In this document: in pieces, positions 36,867-43,582 of the stretch
How the letters are laid out: every line of letters starts with the position of its first letter
Position numbering within the stretch: position 1 is the stretch's first letter
From: Stellaceae bacterium
GTDB taxonomy: Bacteria > Pseudomonadota > Alphaproteobacteria > ATCC43930 > CGMCC-115725
Length of the DNA: 43,582 nucleotides
Reading direction: 5' to 3'
Assembly (NCBI GenBank): GCA_035642295.1
Contig: DASQSR010000124.1
Coordinates: 1-43,582, forward strand
Position numbers and translations under genes: made by a program
Notes under the pieces: generated by a model
What the model saw: the letters and a program-made list of their open reading frames with translations, nothing else
What the model was told of the DNA's origin: nothing
Database searches by the model: none

Positions 36867-38768
36867 ATGCAAGCGGCATGCCAGCCTCTGTCAACTTTTT
36901 CGCGCGCCGCGGGCGCGCCGGCGAGGGCCTCGACCGTGACCAGCTTTACCACCCGTCCCGAGATCCGCGGCACATTCGGCGTCGTCGCCTCGACCCATTG
37001 GCTCGCTTCGGCGGCGGGCATGGGCGTGCTCGAGCGCGGCGGCAACGCCTTCGACGCGGCGGTGGCGGCGGGGCTGGTGCTGCAGGTCGTCGAGCCGCAT
37101 TTGAATGGCCCTGCCGGCGAGGCGCCGATGATCCTCTGGGACCAGCGCCGCGGCGCCGTCGAGGTCATCTGCGGCCAGGGCGTGAGCCCCCAAGGCGCCA
37201 CCATTGCCGCCTTCAAGCGCCTGGGCCTCGATCTCATTCCCGGCACCGGTCTGCTCGCCGCCTGCGTGCCGGCGGCGTTCGACGCCTGGATGCGGCTGCT
37301 GCTGGAGCATGGCACTCTACGCCTCGGCGACATCATGGCGCCGGCCCTGGGCTATGCGACCCGCGGCTATCCGGTGGTGCCGCGCATCACCGCGACGATC
37401 GAGACGGTGCGGCAGCTCTTCGAGACGGAATGGCAGAGCTCCGCCGCGATCTACCTTCCCGGCGGCCGCCCGCCGTCGCCCGGCCGGCTCTTCCGCAACC
37501 CGGTGCTGGCCGCGACTTATGAGCGGCTGCTGCGCGAGGCCGAAGCGGCGAGCCCCGACCGCGACGGCCAGATCGAAGCGGCGCGCCGCATCTGGGCCGA
37601 GGGCTTCGTTGCCGCGGCGATCGATCGCTTCTGCCGCACCGAGGAGGTGATGGACAGCTCGGGGCGGCGGCATCGCGGCCTCCTCACGGGCGACGACATG
37701 GCGCGCTGGCGTGCCGGCGTCGAGGCGCCGCTCCGCTTCGACTATCACGGCTATACCGTCTGCAAATGCGGGCCCTGGACGCAGGGACCGGTGCTGCTGC
37801 AGCAATTGGCGCTGCTCGAGGATTTCGATCTCGGCGCCATGGACCCGGTCGGGCCTGATTTCGTCCACGCCGTGGTCGAGAGCGCCAAGCTCGCCTTTGC
37901 CGATCGCGAGGCCTGGTACGGCGACCCCGATTTCGTCGACGTTCCCATCGCGGCGCTGCTGAGCCGCGACTATGCGAAGGAGCGCCGCGCGCTGATCGGC
38001 GAGACCGCCTCCTTCGAGCAGCGTCCCGGCGCGCCGGACGGGCGGACGCCGCGGCTCTATCGCGGCCCGACCGGTTCCGGCGCGGCGCTCGGCACCGGCG
38101 AGCCGACCATGGCGCGTGCCGGGACCGGCGAGCCGACCGCCGCGGATCTCCGCATCGATGTGCGCGGCGCCAGCATCGGCGATACCTGCCATCTCGACAT
38201 CATCGACCGCTGGGGCAACATGGTCTCGGTGACGCCGAGCGGCGGCTGGCTGCACAGCTCTCCCGCCATTCCCGAGCTGGGCTTCGCGCTCGGCACGCGC
38301 ATGCAGATGTTCTGGCTCGAAGAGGGCCTGCCGCTGAGCCTCGCGCCGGGGCGGCGGCCGCGCAGCACGCTGACCCCCTCCTTCGCCTTGAAGGAAGGCG
38401 AGCCCTACATGCCCTTCGGCACGCCCGGCGGCGACCAGCAGGATCAATGGTCGCTGCTGCTGTTCCTGCACCATGTCCATCACGGCATGAACCTGCAGGA
38501 AGCGATCGACTGCCCCGCTTTCCATACCGAGCACATGACGAGCTCGTTCTGGCCGCGCGCGGCGAAGCCTGGCCTCGTTGCCCTCGAAGGCCGCTTTCCG
38601 CCGGCGACAGTGGCGGCGCTGCGGCGCCGCGGCCATGAGGTGCAGCTCGGCGGCGACTGGTCGGAAGGGCGCCTTTCGGCCTGCGCCGCCGAGCGGACCC
38701 CGGAAGGCACCGTGCTCAAGGCCGGCGCCAATCCGCGCGGCATGCAAGGCTACGCCGTCGGGCGGTGA
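36867..38768 (+). CDS. gamma-glutamyltransferase family protein (no signal peptide)
   Basis: 633-aa ORF. An alternative GTG start at 36936 gives 610 aa. Ntn-hydrolase autoprocessing/nucleophile context GDTCHLDIIDRWGNMVSVTPSGG. The N-terminus lacks a hydrophobic h-region. Confidence 0.87.
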   Translation: MQAACQPLSTFSRAAGAPARASTVTSFTTRPEIRGTFGVVASTHWLASAAGMGVLERGGNAFDAAVAAGLVLQVVEPHLNGPAGEAPMILWDQRRGAVEVICGQGVSPQGATIAAFKRLGLDLIPGTGLLAACVPAAFDAWMRLLLEHGTLRLGDIMAPALGYATRGYPVVPRITATIETVRQLFETEWQSSAAIYLPGGRPPSPGRLFRNPVLAATYERLLREAEAASPDRDGQIEAARRIWAEGFVAAAIDRFCRTEEVMDSSGRRHRGLLTGDDMARWRAGVEAPLRFDYHGYTVCKCGPWTQGPVLLQQLALLEDFDLGAMDPVGPDFVHAVVESAKLAFADREAWYGDPDFVDVPIAALLSRDYAKERRALIGETASFEQRPGAPDGRTPRLYRGPTGSGAALGTGEPTMARAGTGEPTAADLRIDVRGASIGDTCHLDIIDRWGNMVSVTPSGGWLHSSPAIPELGFALGTRMQMFWLEEGLPLSLAPGRRPRSTLTPSFALKEGEPYMPFGTPGGDQQDQWSLLLFLHHVHHGMNLQEAIDCPAFHTEHMTSSFWPRAAKPGLVALEGRFPPATVAALRRRGHEVQLGGDWSEGRLSACAAERTPEGTVLKAGANPRGMQGYAVGR

Positions 38769-38822
38769 TCCCGTGACCTGGTCGATGCTCGCGCTGGCGC
38801 TCTTTCGGGACGCGCGCGAGCC

Positions 38823-39809
38823 GTGAGCCAGGCTCTGCTCGAGCTGCGCGCGCTGCGCACCTCGTTCGCCGGCGAGGCCGGCGAGTTTCCCGCGGTCGAC
38901 GGCGTCAGCTTCAGCCTTGCCGCCGGGCGCACGCTCGGGGTGGTCGGCGAGAGCGGCAGCGGCAAGAGCGTCACCGCGCTGTCGATCATGGGCCTGGTGC
39001 CCAGCCCGCCGGGCCGCATCGCCGGCGGCGAGGTGCTGTTCGAGGGCGTCGATCTGCTGCGGCTCGACGAAGCGGCGCTGCGCGAGCGTCGCGGCAACGC
39101 GCTCGCCATGATCTTCCAGGAGCCGATGACCTCGCTCAACCCGGCCTTCACCATCGGCGACCAGATCGCCGAGGCGATCCGCCGCCATCGCCGGGTGGCC
39201 AAGCGCGAGGCGCGGGCCCTCACCATCGACATGCTGCGCCGCGTGCGCATACCGGCGCCGGAACGGCGCTTCGACGACTACCCGCACAAGCTCTCGGGCG
39301 GGTTGCGCCAGCGCGCCATGATCGCCATGGCGCTCGCCTGCGGGCCGAATCTCCTCATCGCCGACGAGCCGACGACGGCGCTCGACGTCACCATCCAGGC
39401 GCAGATCCTCGACCTGCTGCGCCAGCTTCGCGATGAGACCGGCACGGCGATCATGCTCATCACCCATGATCTCGGCATTGTCGCCGAGCTCGCGCACGAG
39501 GTGGTCGTCCTCTATGCCGGCAAGGTGATGGAGCGCGCGCCGGTGGCGGCGCTGTTCGAGGCGCCGCAGCATCCCTACACCATCGGCCTGCTGGCCTCGA
39601 TCCCGCGGCTCGAGACGACCCAGCGGCGGCTTCCCAGCATCGAAGGGGCGGTGCCGAGCCCGGCGGCGCTTCCCGGCGGCTGCCGCTTTCATCCGCGCTG
39701 CCCCTTTGCGATCGAGCGCTGCCGCGTCGAGGAGCCGCCGCTCGCCGAGCTCGCGCCGGGCCACGCGGCCGCCTGCTGGCGCGCGCCGCTCGAGGGCCCG
39801 GGCGCATGA
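38823..39809 (+). CDS. peptide (Dpp/Opp-type) ABC transporter ATP-binding protein, DppD/OppD-like
   Basis: 328 aa, GTG start. Walker [12 protein letters not shown], signature [16 protein letters not shown], and a C-terminal oligopeptide-ABC Cys motif ([11 protein letters not shown]). Confidence 0.9.
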   Translation: MSQALLELRALRTSFAGEAGEFPAVDGVSFSLAAGRTLGVVGESGSGKSVTALSIMGLVPSPPGRIAGGEVLFEGVDLLRLDEAALRERRGNALAMIFQEPMTSLNPAFTIGDQIAEAIRRHRRVAKREARALTIDMLRRVRIPAPERRFDDYPHKLSGGLRQRAMIAMALACGPNLLIADEPTTALDVTIQAQILDLLRQLRDETGTAIMLITHDLGIVAELAHEVVVLYAGKVMERAPVAALFEAPQHPYTIGLLASIPRLETTQRRLPSIEGAVPSPAALPGGCRFHPRCPFAIERCRVEEPPLAELAPGHAAACWRAPLEGPGA

Positions 39810-40861
39810 CCGGTGTGCTGCTCGAAGTCGAAGGACTGGTGAAGCACTTCGTCGCCGAGCGCAGCCTTTGGGGCCGCCCCCGCGCCAGCGTGCGCGCGGT
39901 CGATGGCGTCAGCTTCTCTGTCGCCGAAGGCGAGACCCTGGCGCTGGTCGGCGAGAGCGGCTGCGGCAAGTCGACGACCGGCCGGCTCGTCCTTCGCCTC
40001 ATCGAGCCGACCGCCGGCAAGGTCGCCTTCGAAGGCCGCGACATCTTCGCTCTCTCGGGCGATGCCATGCGCGCGCTCCGCCGCGAGCTGCAGATCGTCT
40101 TCCAGGACCCCTACGCCTCGCTCAACCCGCGCATGACGGTCGGCGACATCATCGCCGAGCCGCTGGCGCTGCACGGCCTCTTTCCCCGCGCCGCGCGGGG
40201 GAGGCGCGTGGCGGAGCTGCTCGGCCTCGTCGGCCTCGCGCCCGAGCACGCGCGGCGCTATCCGCACGAATTCTCCGGCGGCCAGCGCCAGCGCATCGGC
40301 ATCGCCCGCGCGCTCGCGGTCGAGCCGCGGCTCGTCGTCTGCGACGAGCCGGTCTCGGCGCTCGACGTCTCGATCCAGGCGCAGATCATCAACCTGCTGC
40401 AGGATCTGCAGGCGCGTTTCCGTCTCTCCTACATCTTCATCGCCCATGACCTCGCGGTGGTGAAGCACATCGCCGACCGGGTCGCGGTCATGTATCTCGG
40501 CCGGATCGTCGAGCGCGCGCCGAAGGCGGCGCTCTTCGCCGCCCCGCGCCACCCCTATACGCGGGCGCTGCTCTCCGCCGTTCCGCTGCCGGTTCCGGCG
40601 GCGCGCCGCGACCGTCTCATCCTGCAGGGCGACGTGCCGAGCCCGCTGTCGCCACCGGCGGGCTGCCGCTTTCACACGCGCTGTCCCTTTGCGCAGGAAC
40701 GCTGCCGCCAGGAGGAGCCGCAGCTCGAGAGCACCGGCGACGGTCACGCCGCCGCCTGCCATTTCTGGCGCGACCTGCCGCCCCCTCCGGCGCCGCCCAC
40801 GCCGCCCCCGGCGACGGCGCGGCTCGCCCGGCTTCAGGCGGCCTTCGGCCTACCCGAGTGA
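39806..40861 (+). CDS. peptide (Dpp/Opp-type) ABC transporter ATP-binding protein, DppF/OppF-like
   Basis: 351 aa. The ATG overlaps the upstream stop (ATGA). Walker [12 protein letters not shown], signature [27 protein letters not shown], and a Pro-rich C-terminal tail. Confidence 0.9.
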   Translation: MTGVLLEVEGLVKHFVAERSLWGRPRASVRAVDGVSFSVAEGETLALVGESGCGKSTTGRLVLRLIEPTAGKVAFEGRDIFALSGDAMRALRRELQIVFQDPYASLNPRMTVGDIIAEPLALHGLFPRAARGRRVAELLGLVGLAPEHARRYPHEFSGGQRQRIGIARALAVEPRLVVCDEPVSALDVSIQAQIINLLQDLQARFRLSYIFIAHDLAVVKHIADRVAVMYLGRIVERAPKAALFAAPRHPYTRALLSAVPLPVPAARRDRLILQGDVPSPLSPPAGCRFHTRCPFAQERCRQEEPQLESTGDGHAAACHFWRDLPPPPAPPTPPPATARLARLQAAFGLPE

Positions 40862-40908
40862 GCTGCTATGGTGCGCGGCGTTGCGGGGCGCTTCGGAGGG
40901 GGATGAAC

Positions 40909-42423
40909 ATGCGCGGGATCAGGGCGTTGACGGTGCTGGCGGGCGCGGTGCTGCTGCTCGCCAGCGGGGCGGCCATGGCGGCGACGACGCTCCGCATCGG
41001 GCTTGCCGAGGATCCCGATGCGCTCGATCCGACGCTTGCCCGCACCTTCGTCGGCCGCATCGTCTTCGCTTCGCTCTGCGACAAGCTGTTCGATATCGGG
41101 CCCCATCTCGAGATCGTGCCGCAGCTCGCCACCGCCTACAGCTGGTCGGCAGACAACAAGGCGCTCACCATCCAGCTCCGCCGCAACGTCCTCTTCCAGG
41201 ACGGGACCCCGATGGATGCCGCCGCGGTCAAATACAGCATCGAGCGCCACCTCAAGATGCCGGGCTCCAACCGCAAGGGCGAGATCTCGGCCGTGACCGG
41301 CGTCGACGTGATCGACGATCATACCGTGCGGCTCGACCTCGCGACGCCCTTCGCGCCGCTGCTCGCGCAGTTGACCGACCGTGCCGGCATGATCCTCTCG
41401 CCCAAGGCCGCCGCGGCCGAAGGCGACAAGTTCGCGGCGCACCCGGTCTGCGCCGGCCCGTTCAAATTCACCCAGCGCGTGGCGCAGGACCGCATCGTCC
41501 TCGACCGCTTCCCGCAATACTGGGACAAGGACAAGATCCATATCGACCGCATCGTGTTCATGCCAATCCCCGACGCGTCGGTGCGGCTCGCCAACCTGCA
41601 ATCGGGCGGCCTCGACATGATCGAGCGCGTCTCGCCGGCCGATCTCGCGCAGATCAAGGGCAATCCCGGTCTCGCGACCGCGTCGATCGTCGAGCTCGGC
41701 TATCAGAGCCTCGCGATCAATGTCGGCCGCGGCGCCGGAGCGCATAACCCGCTCGGCCGCGAGGCGAAGCTGCGCGAGGCGCTCGATCTCGCCATCGACC
41801 GCGACGCGCTCAACCAGGTGGTGTTCGAAGGGCAGTTCCAGCCCGGCAATCAATGGGTCCCGCCCAACAATCCCTACTACGACACGGCGCTGCCGGTGCC
41901 GAAGCGGGATATCGCCAAGGCCAAGGCGCTGGTGCAGCAGGTCGCCCACGGCGAGGTGACGGTCGATCTCATGGCGCCCAATGATTCCCTCCAGATGCAG
42001 GTGGCGCAGGTGCTGCAAGCCATGGCCAAGGAGGCGGGCATCAACCTCAACATCCAGGCGACCGAGTTCGCCTCCTCGCTCGGCATCGCCGAGAAAGGCG
42101 ATTTCCAGCTCTATCTCTTTGCCTGGAGCGGCCGCACCGATCCCGACGGCAATCTCTACAACTTCATCGCCTGCAAGGGTCCGCTGAACTACAGCGGCTA
42201 TTGCAACCCCGCGCTCGACCGCGAGATCGACGCGGCGCGCGCCACCGAGGATCCGCACCAGCGGGCGCAGCTCTATGCCAAGGTCGCGCAAACGGTGCTG
42301 AGCGATCGCCCGGTGATCTATCTCTATCACCGGCGCTGGATCTACGCCTACAGCAAGCACCTCACCGGCTTCACCCCTTACCCCGACGGCCTCATCCGCC
42401 CGCAAGGCCTGAGGCTGCAATAG
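40909..42423 (+). CDS. ABC transporter substrate-binding protein, family 5 (peptide/nickel)
   Basis: About 504 aa from the ATG at 40909 (an alternative ATG at 40903; ggagg at 40895-40899). Sec signal peptide MRGIRALTVLAGAVLLLASGAAMA. SBP_bac_5-like body. Confidence 0.9.
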   Translation: MRGIRALTVLAGAVLLLASGAAMAATTLRIGLAEDPDALDPTLARTFVGRIVFASLCDKLFDIGPHLEIVPQLATAYSWSADNKALTIQLRRNVLFQDGTPMDAAAVKYSIERHLKMPGSNRKGEISAVTGVDVIDDHTVRLDLATPFAPLLAQLTDRAGMILSPKAAAAEGDKFAAHPVCAGPFKFTQRVAQDRIVLDRFPQYWDKDKIHIDRIVFMPIPDASVRLANLQSGGLDMIERVSPADLAQIKGNPGLATASIVELGYQSLAINVGRGAGAHNPLGREAKLREALDLAIDRDALNQVVFEGQFQPGNQWVPPNNPYYDTALPVPKRDIAKAKALVQQVAHGEVTVDLMAPNDSLQMQVAQVLQAMAKEAGINLNIQATEFASSLGIAEKGDFQLYLFAWSGRTDPDGNLYNFIACKGPLNYSGYCNPALDREIDAARATEDPHQRAQLYAKVAQTVLSDRPVIYLYHRRWIYAYSKHLTGFTPYPDGLIRPQGLRLQ

Positions 42424-42546
42424 CCGCGGAGGTGATCCCATTGAGGTAGGATCGAGCTTGCCGATCGGGCTTTCGCTGCTTCCGCCGCGTTTTGCCGCAA
42501 GTGTGGCATCGCTTTTGCTGCTGCCGCGGAGGAAATCCTAGCGCCC

Positions 42547-43488
42547 ATGCTCGCCTATTTCCTCCGCCGCCTCGCCGTCATCGTGCCGACGCTGTTCTTC
42601 GTCTCGATGCTCATCTTCGGGCTGCAGCAGCTCCTGCCCGGCGACCCGGCGCTGGCGCTCGCCGGCGAGGAGCATGATCCCGCGGTCATCGCCTATCTCC
42701 ATCAGCGCTATCACCTCGACCAGCCGCTGCCGGTGCGCTACGCGCTCTGGCTCGGCGGCGTGCTGCACGGCGATCTCGGCGACTCCATCCGGCTCGATCG
42801 CCCGGTGCTCGACCTCGTTCTCGAGAAGCTGCCGGTCACCGCCGAGCTCGCCGGCCTTGCCATTCTCTTCGCGCTGATCATCGGCATTCCCGCCGGCGTG
42901 CTCTCGGCGGTCAAGAACGGCGGCTGGCTCGATTACGCCGCCAACCTTTTCGCCCTCTGGGGGCTGAGCATTCCCAATTTCTGGCTGGGCTTCCTGCTGA
43001 TCCTGCTGTTCTCGGTGAAGCTCGGCTGGCTCCCGGCCTCGGGCTATGTCAGCCCGAGCGAGGACCTCGTCCAGAATCTCCGCGCCATGATCATGCCCGC
43101 TTTCGTCCTCGGCAATGCCATCGCCGCGGTGATGATGCGCCACACGCGCAGCGCGATGTTGCAGGTGCTGGGGCAGGACTATGTCCGGACCGCGCGCGCC
43201 AAGGGCCTGCCCGAGCGCGTCGTCGTCCTGAAGCACGCCTTGCGCAACGCGCTGGTGCCGGTGGTGACCCTGGGGGCGCTCGAATTCGGCCAGCTGCTCT
43301 CGGGCGCGGTGCTGACCGAGCAGGTCTTTACCATTCCCGGCTTCGGCAAGCTCATCGTCGACGCCGTCTTCAATCGCGATTATGCCGTGGTTCAGGGCGT
43401 CGTGCTGTGCACGGCCACGGCTTATATCGTGCTCAATCTTTGTGCCGACCTCGCCTATTTCGCGGTCAATCCGCGGCTTCGCGCATGA
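42547..43488 (+). CDS. peptide ABC transporter permease, DppB/OppB-like
   Basis: 313 aa. N-terminal MLAYFLRRLAVIVPTLFFVSMLIF, and an EAA-loop region DYVRTARAKGLPERVVVLKHALRNALVPVVT. Confidence 0.9.
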   Translation: MLAYFLRRLAVIVPTLFFVSMLIFGLQQLLPGDPALALAGEEHDPAVIAYLHQRYHLDQPLPVRYALWLGGVLHGDLGDSIRLDRPVLDLVLEKLPVTAELAGLAILFALIIGIPAGVLSAVKNGGWLDYAANLFALWGLSIPNFWLGFLLILLFSVKLGWLPASGYVSPSEDLVQNLRAMIMPAFVLGNAIAAVMMRHTRSAMLQVLGQDYVRTARAKGLPERVVVLKHALRNALVPVVTLGALEFGQLLSGAVLTEQVFTIPGFGKLIVDAVFNRDYAVVQGVVLCTATAYIVLNLCADLAYFAVNPRLRA

Positions 43489-43582
43489 GCGCGGTCGGGC
43501 TCGACCTGGCGCACGAGCTGCCGGCGCAGGAGCGGCCCTGGCGCCGCGCGCTCGGCCGCTTGCGGCGCCGGCGCGGCGCGCT
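43485..43582 (+). CDS. peptide ABC transporter permease, DppC/OppC-like (5' fragment, truncated by the window end)
   Basis: The ATG at 43485 overlaps the upstream stop (ATGA). Only about 32 codons are visible, so the call rests on operon position. Confidence 0.55.
   Translation, partial: MSAVGLDLAHELPAQERPWRRALGRLRRRRGA

Noticed and set aside
37317-39764. 815-aa minus-strand ORF spanning the GGT and first ATPase genes. The similar ORFs 16484..18085, 29206..30732, 32599..34440 and 40834..42441 fall in the same category.
   Set aside because: All lie antisense to genes with clear family motifs and have Arg/Gly/Asp-rich, domain-free translations. They are typical high-GC shadow ORFs.
1-43582. 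Looked for tRNA/rRNA/tmRNA-like segments, CRISPR-like spaced repeats, IS/transposase/integrase genes, phage genes, toxin-antitoxin pairs and known defence-system genes.
   Set aside because: None found by eye. Every ORF over about 90 aa in a GC3-consistent frame is accounted for by the listed genes, and the only dispersed-repeat-like sequence is the single element at 34365-34463.

Overview
This is a very GC-rich chromosomal segment with strongly GC3-biased codons. The gene order looks alphaproteobacterial and resembles Hyphomicrobiales/Rhizobiales synteny; that judgement is from memory, not from a search. I can support about 42 protein-coding genes, almost all of them recognisable core functions.

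Genes in window order:
- mlaE/mlaF-like ABC pair, alr, dnaB
- an orphan chemoreceptor (MCP), a cfa-type methyltransferase, an aldo/keto reductase, an OsmC-family protein
- rpsF-rpsR-rplI
- fabD-fabG-acpP-fabF-mltG
- an SDR oxidoreductase, yicC-gmk
- lptF-lptG-lptD-surA-pdxA-rsmA as one collinear block
- two large uncharacterised polytopic membrane proteins
- pepA-holC-ndk
- an NTF2-like protein and a small lipoprotein
- a ThDP (thiamine diphosphate, TPP) enzyme, a divergent DapA-family protein, an OxlT/OFA-family MFS transporter
- a signal-less gamma-glutamyltransferase (GGT) homologue followed by a Dpp/Opp-type peptide ABC transporter, whose last permease is cut by the window end

I found no rRNA, tRNA, CRISPR array, transposase, integrase, phage gene or recognisable defence gene. 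I do not see a clear novel system.

The best candidate for undescribed biology is the tandem pair of large membrane proteins at 25693-29187. They have GT-C-like architecture and sit inside the otherwise conserved lptFG / pepA-holC junction, next to the LPS transport and assembly genes.

Secondary observations:
- a 24/25-bp palindromic REP/MITE-like intergenic element
- a structured rpsF leader
- an accessory stress and chemotaxis block between rplI and dnaB
- a possible gamma-glutamyl-peptide salvage locus
- all six convergent gene junctions have no room for a terminator

All start-codon choices, helix counts and motif alignments were made by eye. Nothing was computed or searched.
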